DNA of 64,000 nucleotides from Lentimicrobiaceae bacterium (GCA_041660125.1 JBAZWY010000029.1:2616-66615), one strand, 5' to 3'; numbered from the stretch's first letter, positions 10,090-20,314 are shown. The notes: generated by a model from the sequence alone, not told the origin. Translations and numbers: made by a program.

Positions 10090-11370
10090 GTGAGTCAAAA
10101 ATATAAATTCCCCGAATGGGCGCTCAACCAGGTTGTATATGAAGTTAACCTCAGGCAATATACGCCTGGAGGTACTATTAAAGAGTTCAGGGAACACTTG
10201 CCCCGCTTAAAGGAACTGGGTGCAGGCATACTGTGGTTTATGCCCTTACAACCCATCGGAATCAAGAACAGGAAAGGCACACTCGGAAGCTATTACTCCA
10301 TCCGGAATTATTGTGAAGTGGATGCTTCTTATGGAACCATGGCCGAATTTATTGACCTGGTAAAAGAAATTCATTTGATGGGAATGTTTGTTATCCTCGA
10401 TTGGGTAGCCAATCACACCGCATGGGACCATAACTGGGTAGAAGAGTTTCCGGCATTTTACCGTCGTAACGAAGCAGGGGAGGTGCACCCCCCGTTTCCT
10501 GAATGGGAGGATGTGATCGGGCTCGATTATTCCAATATGGATTTACGTTCGGAGATGATCGCATCCATGAAATTCTGGATCAATACGGCAAATATTGACG
10601 GTTTCCGTTGCGATATGGCTATGCTTGTTCCTACTGATTTCTGGAACGAGGCACGTAAGGCATTGGAAACCGTAAAACCTGTTTTTATGTTGGCTGAAGC
10701 CGAACAGCGTGATTTAACAGATGAAGCTTTCGATGTGCTGTACAATTGGAACCTGATGCATGTTTGGAACGATATTGCACAAGGCAAATACAATGCGGAT
10801 GAAATCCGCTGGCGCATTCCTTCGGAGATCATCGACTTTCCTAAAGGTGCCGATAACTTACTGTTTATCAGTAACCACGATGAAAATTCGTGGAACGGTT
10901 CGGAAATTGAGAGATTGAACTTTGCGCTCGAAGTTTTTGCAGTACTGATTTTTACACTTCCCGGCATGCCCCTTCTCTATTCGGGTATGGAAGCCGGAAA
11001 TTACCGCAGGCTTAATTTTTTCGACAAAGATTGTATTGATTGGAAAGAAGATAAAATGGCCCTTCTTTACTCGAAACTTGCTCACTTGCGAATGCAAAAC
11101 CCTGCATTGTGGAGCCTGCAACCGAAAACAAGTTTTCAGTTAATCACTTCAGATCGGAATGATAAGATTTTGAGCTTTACACGCGAAAGTTCCGGTAACA
11201 AAGTTTTGGTTGTATTGAACCTGAGTGCTGAAAATGTTGATTTCCAGTTTACTGCTGCCGGTTACCAGGGTAAATACAAAGATATAATAACCGGAATGCA
11301 GGTTATCATAGGTGATACACCTTGTTTCTCGCTTGAACCCTGGGGATATAGGGTGTGGGAGGGATTGTAG
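10090..11370 (+). CDS. GH13 alpha-amylase family enzyme (cytoplasmic, no signal peptide)
   Basis: GH13 regions I-IV are present: DWVANHTA, DGFRCDMAMLV, MLAEAE and ISNHDEN. The track ORF starts at 9979, but that extension is encoded by 'catccgacatc' word repeats. The GTG at 10090 is my preferred start, though it remains uncertain. Confidence 0.8.
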   Translation: MSQKYKFPEWALNQVVYEVNLRQYTPGGTIKEFREHLPRLKELGAGILWFMPLQPIGIKNRKGTLGSYYSIRNYCEVDASYGTMAEFIDLVKEIHLMGMFVILDWVANHTAWDHNWVEEFPAFYRRNEAGEVHPPFPEWEDVIGLDYSNMDLRSEMIASMKFWINTANIDGFRCDMAMLVPTDFWNEARKALETVKPVFMLAEAEQRDLTDEAFDVLYNWNLMHVWNDIAQGKYNADEIRWRIPSEIIDFPKGADNLLFISNHDENSWNGSEIERLNFALEVFAVLIFTLPGMPLLYSGMEAGNYRRLNFFDKDCIDWKEDKMALLYSKLAHLRMQNPALWSLQPKTSFQLITSDRNDKILSFTRESSGNKVLVVLNLSAENVDFQFTAAGYQGKYKDIITGMQVIIGDTPCFSLEPWGYRVWEGL

Positions 11371-11408
11371 ATTTTTAAAATTAATTGGTTAAAACTGCAA
11401 TCATTTAT

Positions 11409-11416
11409 TACTTTTG
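11409..11416 (+). promoter_or_regulatory. Bacteroidota -7 promoter box upstream of tRNA-Gly
   Basis: TACTTTTG (TAnnTTTG), 12 nt upstream of the first tRNA nucleotide. Confidence 0.5.
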
Positions 11417-11427
11417 CAGCTCATAAC

Positions 11428-11503
11428 GCGGAAGTAGCTCAGTTGGTAGAGCATCAGCTTCCCAAGCTGAGGGTCGCGAGTTCGAATCTCGTTTTCCGCT
11501 CCA
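11428..11503 (+). tRNA. tRNA-Gly (anticodon CCC)
   Basis: Hand-folded cloverleaf. The acceptor stem gcggaag pairs with tttccgc. The anticodon arm is tcagc-TTCCCAA-gctga, giving anticodon CCC. The T arm is gcgag-ttcgaat-ctcgt. There is a discriminator T and an encoded CCA. Confidence 0.85.
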
Positions 11504-11504
11504 A

Positions 11505-11537
11505 AAGACAAGGCATAGCGCTTTGTCTTTTTTTTTA
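11505..11537 (+). terminator. Rho-independent terminator after tRNA-Gly
   Basis: aagacaagg-catagcg-ctttgtctt hairpin running into T10. Confidence 0.65.
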
Positions 11538-11782
11538 TTTTGATGTGAATCGGGACTACTATTAAATTTTAATCAAAGATATTCAGCTACATTATACCAT
11601 TAAGGTTTCGTTACTTCTCCTTTTCTTATCGTTAGCGCTAGGTAGTTAACCTCCTGGAAGCTAATCATTTTGTTCTCTGATAATATAAAATTAGATGTAA
11701 AAATAATTTACAGAATATATAGATATTGTAAAAATATACTTTATAAAGAGGAAGACTTAGGCGTAATGCGGGATCAAATGTC

Positions 11783-11815
11783 AAAAAAAAAGACTACCGG
11801 ATTTCTCCGGTAGTC
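11783..11815 (-). terminator. Strong orphan rho-independent terminator (minus strand) with no gene upstream of it
   Basis: 10-bp perfect stem gactaccgga/tccggtagtc with a tttc tetraloop. On the minus strand it is followed by T9. No ORF of 60 aa or more lies between it and 12388. Confidence 0.55.
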
Positions 11816-12388
11816 GAGCAGTGTAGTTGCAAAGGGAAGTAGTACGAGCTGTAAAAAGTACTGTAAATAGGTTAGTAATACGAGTATTTTGTAAACTGGT
11901 GGAATAAAAAAGTATCCGGGAAGTTATTACAATCATTACTTGTTCATTAGTAAATGACCTTTAAAAGGAAAAGTAATAGATTAATATGAAATATAATACA
12001 AGTATGTAAAATAAATTTACACCAGGTTTCCAAACGATGCTTCTTTTGTTCCATTGCAGGTAAATTAGGGCAATGAATCTGGTTGGAATTTTTATTGTAG
12101 TATCGGAAATAGTAGTGCTAAAAGCAAAATACATTAAGGCGCATGTGATTTGCTTTCTGCCTTCAGACTTATCAATTAATTGCCGGCATTATTTTCTGAA
12201 CCCATCAAGCAGCACTCCTGGTCAGGTTTAATTCAAATTGGAATTTAAAAAAAAGTAAAAATAATATGCGGATAAATTTGATGTGGCTTAACTTTGTTAT
12301 ATGATCTTGTTTCGTTTATCAAACAGGGCAATTTATGAAATAACAATCAAAAGGGACATTTTCTATTAATTCATTAAACATTCGGATT

Positions 12389-13351
12389 ATGAAACGAATC
12401 CTCTTTTTGGCAATACTTCAATTAATTTTCCTGGTCTATGTGCCGGCTCAAAATCCGGGAGAAATCATTTTTTCGAAAACAAGTATTGACCCAATGCAGC
12501 CTGGATCTTCACTCACAGATTTTGAAGCGGGTGATGCTATTTATGCCGTGGCTTATTTGGCGCAGACTATCCAGGAGCTATACAACGCACAACCCAATGC
12601 CAAACTGGATGTGGAAGTATTTATCTATGAAATTAAGCCGCCTTTGTATGACTATCAGCAACCTTCTGAAGAACAACTGACTTTTGCTGCGATGCAGGTT
12701 TCGGGTGAAATTTTAAAAGCTAAATACCTTGTAATCGAGATTGCTCCGGATCTCACTCAAACCAAGGTATACTCAACACCGGGAATTACATTCAAGGAGT
12801 TCGGGAAAAAATTTGATGGACCTGTTAATTACACCGAAAACCTGTCGAAACTGCGGGCGGGCAAACACAGCCTGAAAATAGTGCTTAAGTGCAATTACAA
12901 CGATGCAGCATCGGGGAATCTGGTGCTTTTCGGTGATGATTTCAGCATATATAAAAAGCGTTCAGATGAATTAAATTCGGTGGCACAAAACGCAGGAGCT
13001 AAAAATGCAGTGATGCCCGCAGCAAAAAAGACTGATGCTGCCCTCGAAAACCGTATGATTGGCGCTTTTAAAAATTCAAATGACTGGAAAAGCGGGTTTA
13101 TTGATGCATCCGAGGTTTTGCGGATTTCAATCATCGATCCTGACTGGTTTATCAGGCGCAACGAACTAACCGGGGCTATACTTCACCGATATATCAGAGC
13201 AGCCATTGCGGTAAAAACCAAAACCGGGAATTGCGCTTATTACAACCTGGTAACTTTTCAGGAAGATTATGTGGGAGGTAAATTCCAACCACTTAAATAC
13301 GATGGGGCAGGGGACAAAGTGACGATGGATTGTGCTAATGTGAAGAAATGA
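12389..13351 (+). CDS. Hypothetical secreted protein
   Basis: 320-aa ORF with the signal peptide MKRILFLAILQLIFLVYVPAQ. No family motif recognised. Confidence 0.5.
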   Translation: MKRILFLAILQLIFLVYVPAQNPGEIIFSKTSIDPMQPGSSLTDFEAGDAIYAVAYLAQTIQELYNAQPNAKLDVEVFIYEIKPPLYDYQQPSEEQLTFAAMQVSGEILKAKYLVIEIAPDLTQTKVYSTPGITFKEFGKKFDGPVNYTENLSKLRAGKHSLKIVLKCNYNDAASGNLVLFGDDFSIYKKRSDELNSVAQNAGAKNAVMPAAKKTDAALENRMIGAFKNSNDWKSGFIDASEVLRISIIDPDWFIRRNELTGAILHRYIRAAIAVKTKTGNCAYYNLVTFQEDYVGGKFQPLKYDGAGDKVTMDCANVKK

Positions 13352-13469
13352 ATTTGTATTATCCCTCTTTGCTTACCTGTTTTTATGAATTCTATTCATA
13401 ATTCTTCGACTCCTGTGAGTTAATTAGCTTTTGAAAGCAGCTGATTTTCTTATTATCAAAGTCTGCGAT

Positions 13470-13676
13470 ATGAATCAAAATGTAATGCGTTCCAAAATTG
13501 TGTAATTTTACCGGAAAGTGTACAAATCCGATGAGTCGCGTTATGGAAAAATTTTATAAGACCCATGCCTGGAATTTACCGGTAATTGATAAAAACAACC
13601 ATTATATAGGACTGGTTTCCAATCGTCAATCTTTTCTGCTTACCGCAGTCAACTGGTATTTCAAACAGAAGATTAA
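13470..13676 (+). pseudogene. Frameshifted C-terminal remnant of a CBS-domain protein
   Basis: The frame of the track ORF gives ...VMEKFYKTHAWNLPVIDKNNHYIGLVS, a CBS-domain strand pattern. The expected continuation SSIFSAYRSQLVFQTED* is in the +2 frame. An upstream in-frame stop follows MNQNVMRSKIV. No N-terminal part is present. Confidence 0.5.
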
Positions 13677-13825
13677 CTGGACAGGCAGTAAATCCGGGAG
13701 TTATTCTGATTTATATTATCAGGATATTAAGATACTCTGAAAGAAACAAAATTAAATCTCAACTATCTTACCTAATTTTATCCTGGTAATTTTTTGATCT
13801 CCATTTCCAGGTTAGATTTTTCGAT

Positions 13826-15037
13826 TTGAAACAAGAAGATGTTATTATTATAGGTGCTGGTCCTGCCGGACTTTTCACAGCCATTCACTGTAAAGGACAT
13901 AAAGTTATTGTACTTGAGAAAAATACTACTCCAGGCAAAAAGCTTCTTATATCCGGAACTGGTCGCTGCAATCTTACCCACGATTGCAAACTAAGCGATT
14001 TTTTTGTTCATTATGGAGCAAATCATCGTTTCCTGAAAACAGCTTTGCATTCGTTTACCAATACCGACCTGATCCGGTTTTTTAATGATTTTGGATTGAA
14101 AACTGTCGTGGATAAAAATGGGAAAGTATTTCCTGCCTCTCAGAAAGCCTCGGATGTATTGCAGGTTTTGATTAATATGTGCAATAAAAATAAGGTTGAG
14201 ATTGTGTGCAATCAGCAAATTACTGGGATTGAAAAAACAGAGAATGGCTTTGAGGTGAAAACCAATTCCGGGATATTCCTGGGAAAGTTTCTGGTAATTA
14301 CTACCGGCGGAATGTCATATCCGACAACGGGTTCAACAGGCGATGGATATCACTTCGCAAAACTTCTTGGACATTCAATTGTGCCTCCCAAGCCTTCGCT
14401 CAGCCCGGTATTTATCCGGGACTATCTCATGGCTTCCATTGCAGGTGTATCTGTTCAAAACAAGCCTGTTTATCTGTACCGTGGAGATAAAAAAATATCT
14501 GAACACAATGGAGACATCGGCTTTACACATAAAGGTCTCAGCGGCCCGGGAATACTCGATTTCTCAAGGCATATCCTCAGCGGCGATATTCTGAAAGTAA
14601 ATTTTATTGATATCAGAACAGATGATTTCAGGAATGAACTGATCAAGGTTTCAGAAAAGGAGGGTAAAACTGCCATCCAAACGTATCTGAAAAAGTTTGA
14701 CTTGCCACGCAGCCTGGTTTTGTTAGTTTTACAATCAATAAACATGGAACCCGAAACCCGGCTGGCTGAAATAACAAAAGTGCAGCGGAATCAATTGGTG
14801 GCTGCTTTTTGCGAATATCCCTTTACGGTCGAAAAGGTTGGTGGATTTAATACAGCAATGGTCACAGCCGGGGGTGTTAGTCTTGATGAAATACATCCTA
14901 AAACTATGGAATCGAAACTTGTGCCGGGGTTGTATTTCGCTGGGGAAGTACTTGATATTGATGGGGATACAGGTGGATATAATCTGCAGGCGGCTTTTTC
15001 GACGGGATTCCTTGTTGGGCAGAAAATAGGAGTTTGA
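13826..15037 (+). CDS. HI0933/BaiN-family FAD-dependent flavoprotein
   Basis: DVIIIGAGPAGLF dinucleotide-binding fold, GGMSYPTTGSTGDGY, and C-terminal FAGEVLDIDGDTGGYNLQ typical of the HI0933-like family. Confidence 0.8.
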   Translation: MKQEDVIIIGAGPAGLFTAIHCKGHKVIVLEKNTTPGKKLLISGTGRCNLTHDCKLSDFFVHYGANHRFLKTALHSFTNTDLIRFFNDFGLKTVVDKNGKVFPASQKASDVLQVLINMCNKNKVEIVCNQQITGIEKTENGFEVKTNSGIFLGKFLVITTGGMSYPTTGSTGDGYHFAKLLGHSIVPPKPSLSPVFIRDYLMASIAGVSVQNKPVYLYRGDKKISEHNGDIGFTHKGLSGPGILDFSRHILSGDILKVNFIDIRTDDFRNELIKVSEKEGKTAIQTYLKKFDLPRSLVLLVLQSINMEPETRLAEITKVQRNQLVAAFCEYPFTVEKVGGFNTAMVTAGGVSLDEIHPKTMESKLVPGLYFAGEVLDIDGDTGGYNLQAAFSTGFLVGQKIGV

Positions 15038-15160
15038 AGAGTTTGAAGAGTTTCTGGTTTAATACTGAATCCTCTTATTAACTGAAACATTGAAACTTGA
15101 AACCAGAAACTAGAAACCACTAAATCTTAACCCCCAACCCCTAAAACCTAACACCTCAAA

Positions 15161-15892
15161 CTACATCATCTTATGCCTTTCAATAAGCTCAAAGAAGTTC
15201 TTCTGGTACGTATCGCTGACAGGAATCATGATTTCACCGATTTTAATTTGTTTGCGTTCCACGAATTCAATTTTGTCGAGCGCCACAAAAAACGATTTAT
15301 GAACCCTGCAAAATCCAGGTTCGTGTAAAATCTCTTCTATCCCTTTGGCATTCATCAAAGTCATAATGCGGCGTGTTTTAGTCACAATTCGCCAGTAATC
15401 GCCCATGCCCTCAACATATAATACTTCCGAGGCATTCACTTTCTCAATCCTGGTTTCGGTTTTTACGAAGAAGAAAGCATTTGTATTTGAAACTGCTGTC
15501 CTTTCCTGGTTTTCCGAAAGTGCCCCTTTCCCTTTCTGCATCTGTTCGAGAGCTTTATTGGCAGCTTTTACAAACCTTTCGAACGGAATGGGTTTTAACA
15601 AATAATCGAGCACATCGAGATCGAAACCTTGTAAAGCATACTGATCATAAGCGGTTGTAAAAATAACAAGGGGTTTATTTTTTAATGAATTAAGCAATTG
15701 TATGCCTGTAAGTTCCTCCATCTGGATGTCAAGAAACATCAGATCGACCGTATTATGGCGAAGGTATTCGAGCGTATCAATAGCATTGCTGAAGGTGCCT
15801 AAAAGGTTCAGAAAGGGAACCTTTGCACAATATGCCTTAATGATATCGATGGCCAGTGGCTCGTCGTCGATGGCAATACATTTGATCTGCAT
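15161..15892 (-). CDS. LytTR-family response regulator
   Basis: REC domain (IAIDDEP ... DLMFLDIQM) plus a C-terminal LytTR DNA-binding domain. Adjacent to its kinase, with a 1-nt gap. Confidence 0.85.
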   Translation of the reverse strand: MQIKCIAIDDEPLAIDIIKAYCAKVPFLNLLGTFSNAIDTLEYLRHNTVDLMFLDIQMEELTGIQLLNSLKNKPLVIFTTAYDQYALQGFDLDVLDYLLKPIPFERFVKAANKALEQMQKGKGALSENQERTAVSNTNAFFFVKTETRIEKVNASEVLYVEGMGDYWRIVTKTRRIMTLMNAKGIEEILHEPGFCRVHKSFFVALDKIEFVERKQIKIGEIMIPVSDTYQKNFFELIERHKMM

Positions 15893-15893
15893 G

Positions 15894-17030
15894 TTAATTT
15901 AAAATTGTTAGTTCGATTTTAAATTTATCATCACTTGTACTAATTTTAAGCTCGTGCTTTTCATGATATAACAATCCAAGCCTGCGTTTTATGTTATCGA
16001 GCCCAAACCCGCCTGAATCATCCACAACTGCCTGGTTAATGGATTTAATATAATTTTCGACAGTGAAAATCAGTCTTTCCGGCTCAAGAGTCAGTTGTAT
16101 GATAATCCCCGGTACATGACTCTTTTCACAATGTTTAAATGCATTTTCAACAAAAGGAATCAGCAACATGGGTGCAATGGTGCGGTTTTCCATGAAACCA
16201 TTTACCGTTATTTCAACAAATCCTTTCTGTGTAATACGCAACTGCTGTAATTCAATAAAACTGTTGATGTATTCTATTTCTTTATTTATTTCTACAAAAT
16301 CGGTATTCGAATCATAAAGCATATAACGCATGATGCCCGAAAGTTTCATAACAGCCTCTGGCGCTTCGTCCGACTTAGCATAAACCAGTGAGTAAATGTT
16401 ATTTAAGGTGTTAAAAAGAAAATGTGGATTTACCTGCGAACGTAGTAAGGCTATTTCGCTGGCCTGCCTTTCCTTGATAAGTTCATCCTTGTATTTCTGC
16501 GAATCGAACCAGTCGATACTGAAGCGTATCAGCATGGCATAAATGCTGATAATAAGGCTATATTTCAGGGTGCCCCAGATCCATTCGTACTGAAACTGAA
16601 GCTCGCTGGCAGGCAGTTTTACCAAATATTTCCAATAGGCTAATTCAACGGGTAGCCTAATAACCGATATTACGGCAGCCAGCAGTATTACAAAAGGGAA
16701 AACAAACCATTTGCGCCTGAACCTCAGGAAATTGGGGATAACATAATAAATTGCATAAAAAACGAAAATGTTAAGTAGCGTAGTTATAAAAATGTCCTTA
16801 AGATACATATTGTCCTGCAGGTATTTGGTGTCTATCTTATTAAGATAAACAGGAAATAATGCCTGATTCAGCATGTAAATCCAGAATAGGACGTGAATAA
16901 GGATTTTATATCTGCTTTTCAATGGGTTAATCTTTAAACTAAAATTTGAAATCCAAGGTTCAAGGTTCCATGTTCCGGGTTCCGGCTTTAGGTTTTCGGT
17001 TGTGGGTGCCGGAATTCGGAATAATGACAA
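15894..17030 (-). CDS. LytS-type sensor histidine kinase (PF06580-like)
   Basis: TM-rich N-terminus, then LRSQVNPHFLFNTLNNI (the His_kinase H-box of the LytS/YehU type) and an HATPase-like C-terminus. The first ~25 codons of the track ORF are encoded by ggttcc/ccggaac word repeats, so the true start is uncertain. Confidence 0.75.
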   Translation of the reverse strand: MSLFRIPAPTTENLKPEPGTWNLEPWISNFSLKINPLKSRYKILIHVLFWIYMLNQALFPVYLNKIDTKYLQDNMYLKDIFITTLLNIFVFYAIYYVIPNFLRFRRKWFVFPFVILLAAVISVIRLPVELAYWKYLVKLPASELQFQYEWIWGTLKYSLIISIYAMLIRFSIDWFDSQKYKDELIKERQASEIALLRSQVNPHFLFNTLNNIYSLVYAKSDEAPEAVMKLSGIMRYMLYDSNTDFVEINKEIEYINSFIELQQLRITQKGFVEITVNGFMENRTIAPMLLIPFVENAFKHCEKSHVPGIIIQLTLEPERLIFTVENYIKSINQAVVDDSGGFGLDNIKRRLGLLYHEKHELKISTSDDKFKIELTILN

Positions 17031-17067
17031 TTACTTCCGACATCCCACATCCGAAATCCTGAATTCT

Positions 17068-19125
17068 CTACCAGATATCAGCCCTGTTTTCGGGAGCAAT
17101 GTACCTTTTATCCGTTGGTTGAATGTTAAAAGCGGTATAGAAAGCCGGGATGTTATACACAATAGCATTTACACGTGCTTCACCGGGAGAGTGTACATCA
17201 ATTTTTAAGCGGCGCATGGTTTCCTCGTCGCGGATATTGGCACGCCACACCTGTGCATACGAAAGAAAAAACCTCTGATCAGCTGTAAAGCCATCGATTT
17301 TCTCATCCTTTTTTCCCTGGAGCGCTTTTTGTAACCCATTGTATGCTACATTCATACCGCCTAGGTCAGCAATATTTTCACCAAGCGTCAGCTTTCCATC
17401 CACATGCAAAGTATCAAGGATTTTATAATTATCGTATTGATCTACAAGTACTTTTGTTTTTGCTTCAAAATTCTTCGAGTCGTCAGCCAGCCACCAGTCG
17501 TGCAGGTTGCCTTCCTTATCGTATTGACGGCCCTGGTCATCGAAACCGTGTGTCATTTCGTGCGAAATAACCATTCCAATAGCGCCATAGTTTACAGCAT
17601 CGTCAGCATGCATATAGAAGAACGGAGGTTGCAGAATACCTGCAGGGAACACGATTTCATTCATATTGGGGCTGTAGTAGGCGTTCACGGTTTGAGGTGT
17701 CATCTCCCATTCACTGCGGTCAACAGGCTTACCAATTTTGGCAATGTTGCGGTTTACTTCAAACTCACGGGCATTTTTTAGGTTGTCATAGTATGAATCA
17801 GTACCAATAGTAAGGCTGCTGTAATCAATCCATTTATCAGGATAACCAATTTTAACATTGATTTTTGCAAGTTTGGCTTCCGCTTCTTTCTTGGTTGAAT
17901 CCGACATCCATGTCAGGCCTTGAATACGTTCGCCTAATGAAATCTTCAGGTTATTCACCAGGTCAATCATTCGTTTCTTGGCTTCAGGAGGAAAGAATTT
18001 CTGAACGTAAAGTTGTCCAACTGCTTCACCAAGGGAGTTGCTGGTTTGATCAATCATGCGTTTCCAACGGGGACGTTGCTCTTTGGTTCCTGACAATACG
18101 GTTCCGTAAAAAGCAAAATGCTCTTTATCGAAATCAGATGAAAGGGATGAAGCTGCGGAATTGATAACATCCCAGCGGAAATAAATTTTCCAGTCGGCTA
18201 CCGGAACGGTGCTGAGCATCTTTGCCATTCCTGTTATAAATTTAGGCTGGCCCACGTTAATTTCGTTGGTAGCCTGGAGTTTAATTCCTTCGAAATAGGC
18301 TTTCCAATCAATGCCGGGAGCCATTTTCTGTAATCCTGCCAAATCGGTTTTATTGTAATTCGCAACCGGGTCGCGCAACTCGCGACGGGTTGACGAGATT
18401 TTAGCCAGATCGGTTTCTATTTTCATCGCAACATCAGCATCTTTCGCTGCCTGTTCAGGAGTAGAACCTGCTAATACGAACATTTTAGCCATATACTTGA
18501 TGTAGCTTTCACGGATTTCTTTCGAGCGCGAATCATCATTCAGGTAATAATCCCTGTCGGGTAAACCGAGGCCACCCTGGTATGTATTGGCAATAACCAT
18601 TTCCGAGTTTTTCTGGTCGGGGCTGCTGTATAGTACGAAAAGCGGATAATTGCCCGAAGCATGCTGTTGCTCAAGCATTTTCTGAACGTCAGCTATCGAT
18701 GAAAATGCATTGATCTGATCCAGTTCAGCTTTAAGCGGGCTCATGCCATTTTGTTCAATTTTTACGGTATCCATGCCGGAATTGTAAAAATCACGGATTT
18801 TCTGGTTTACCGAACCTTCGGCAGCATTTTTATCCGCTGAAGCGTCGGCAAGAATTGTTTTAAGTTGTTTGTAATTTTCCTCTTCCAGTACTTCGAAAGC
18901 GCCATAACGGCTGTATTCTGCAGGAATAGGATTTTTTTTCAGCCAGTTGCCATTTGCATACCGGTAAAAATCGTCGCCGGGTTTTACAGTAGTGTCCATG
19001 TTAGCAACACTTAATGCAGGTTCGGTCTTCTTGTCGTTGCCTTTGTCGCTACAACCACCTGTACCTATGGCAAGAGCTATAATACCTGCAGCTGTCATAA
19101 GAGATTGTTTTAATAAAATGTTCAT
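17068..19125 (-). CDS. M13 family metallopeptidase (neprilysin/PepO-like), lipoprotein
   Basis: VISHEMTHGFD (HExxH), GENIADLGG, NAYY and CDIW-like terminus RADIW. The preferred start MNILLKQ at comp. 19123..19125 gives lipobox GTGGCS. The track ORF extends to 19284. Confidence 0.85.
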   Translation of the reverse strand: MNILLKQSLMTAAGIIALAIGTGGCSDKGNDKKTEPALSVANMDTTVKPGDDFYRYANGNWLKKNPIPAEYSRYGAFEVLEEENYKQLKTILADASADKNAAEGSVNQKIRDFYNSGMDTVKIEQNGMSPLKAELDQINAFSSIADVQKMLEQQHASGNYPLFVLYSSPDQKNSEMVIANTYQGGLGLPDRDYYLNDDSRSKEIRESYIKYMAKMFVLAGSTPEQAAKDADVAMKIETDLAKISSTRRELRDPVANYNKTDLAGLQKMAPGIDWKAYFEGIKLQATNEINVGQPKFITGMAKMLSTVPVADWKIYFRWDVINSAASSLSSDFDKEHFAFYGTVLSGTKEQRPRWKRMIDQTSNSLGEAVGQLYVQKFFPPEAKKRMIDLVNNLKISLGERIQGLTWMSDSTKKEAEAKLAKINVKIGYPDKWIDYSSLTIGTDSYYDNLKNAREFEVNRNIAKIGKPVDRSEWEMTPQTVNAYYSPNMNEIVFPAGILQPPFFYMHADDAVNYGAIGMVISHEMTHGFDDQGRQYDKEGNLHDWWLADDSKNFEAKTKVLVDQYDNYKILDTLHVDGKLTLGENIADLGGMNVAYNGLQKALQGKKDEKIDGFTADQRFFLSYAQVWRANIRDEETMRRLKIDVHSPGEARVNAIVYNIPAFYTAFNIQPTDKRYIAPENRADIW

Positions 19126-19651
19126 AATGAGAAAATTATTTGTTTTGATTTTAGGGTTTAAATGCTTGTAAAAGTATAAATTGTTATGCATGTAAAAAAT
19201 GTTAATCGTTAAGTGCTTTTGAGTTATCGCTATAAGCTGTTTTATAATCGGCAGAATGATTATTTGACGCTTTGTGAACTCCATGGGCTAAAACCAGCCA
19301 GGAGATTTATTCTTTATATCAGATGTTTGGCGCATTCATTTTTCCATACATTTGCCGGCTTATAAAAGAGAGGCTGCTTTTCTGATTCTTTCTTTCTAAC
19401 TTGGTGACAATAAATAAATTACTATGAATACCCTCTTTTAAAAAATGCTTTTTTCTCCATTGTATTGCTGTGTTTAAGTCTGAATTCTGCCTTTTCGCAG
19501 GAAACGCAACAAGTCACAAGTTCCGGGCCCCTCGGAACTTCAACTCTATATTTGCGCAACAGTTTTCCATTGCCCGGATCAGTTTTTCAGTGGGATATTT
19601 TTTTAAAAAATAAACTTTTTTTTGTTGATTATTCCGGATCAATACAAACAT

Positions 19652-19680
19652 AAAAGGCTGCCTCAACCGTGAAGCAGCCT
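19652..19680 (-). terminator. Terminator candidate after the DUF2892 gene
   Basis: ggctgc/gcagcc stem. On the minus strand it is followed by TTTTATG. Confidence 0.45.
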
Positions 19681-19702
19681 GATATATTTGGTTGGTGTAG
19701 GA

Positions 19703-19912
19703 TTATTCTTTTTTCTTTCCAGTATTTATTCCAAAAGGAAGATAAAGCGGGCAGAAGCTGATCAGGCTGGTGAGCACAAATACTGCTGCAAGCACCAGCA
19801 ATACGATTCCAAGTGTGCCGGGAATTAAATCTGTAAAAAAATATAGAATGGCAATAAGCACAGCAATGGCTATGCGGATAATTTTGTCGGCAGTTCCCAT
19901 GTTTGATTTCAT
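19703..19912 (-). CDS. DUF2892/YgaP-like small membrane protein
   Basis: 69 aa with two TM helices. Contains GTADKIIRIAIAV ... FCPLY, characteristic of DUF2892. Confidence 0.55.
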   Translation of the reverse strand: MKSNMGTADKIIRIAIAVLIAILYFFTDLIPGTLGIVLLVLAAVFVLTSLISFCPLYLPFGINTGKKKE

Positions 19913-20111
19913 AATGCGGATTGTTTAGGTTAATAATTAGTATTAGTAAAACAAAGTTAGGATTAAACTTTTAACAAATACATAATTTTTGTCACATATA
20001 GATTTTTAATTTTTTAAACACAAATTACTCACTGGTAAAGATATACATATTTAAAGTACAAGATTCTTTTTTAAAAGATTGCAGGAATATTTTTTTTGTC
20101 TTACGTGCCGT

Positions 20112-20268
20112 GTTCCAGGTTCCGGGTGCCCCTGTTGTCAATTTCGATTGTTCTTATGTAACTGTTTGTAGAATTACTGTTTGAAAGCATGCATTTTGTA
20201 AATCGGCAGAACCCTGCTTGCCAGTCTGCTTCGCGCAGGTAAACTGCAGGCAACCCGGAACCCGGAAC
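20112..20268. repeat. ~157-bp element bounded by ~19-bp terminal inverted repeats built from GTTCCGGGTTCC words
   Basis: The left end is gttccaggttccgggtgcc (20112-20130). The right end is ggcaacccggaacccggaac (20249-20268), which is its near reverse complement. Confidence 0.5.
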
Positions 20269-20314
20269 TTTAATCTTTTTGAAGCTACAAATTTGTCTAT
20301 TTTTAAATTTCTAA

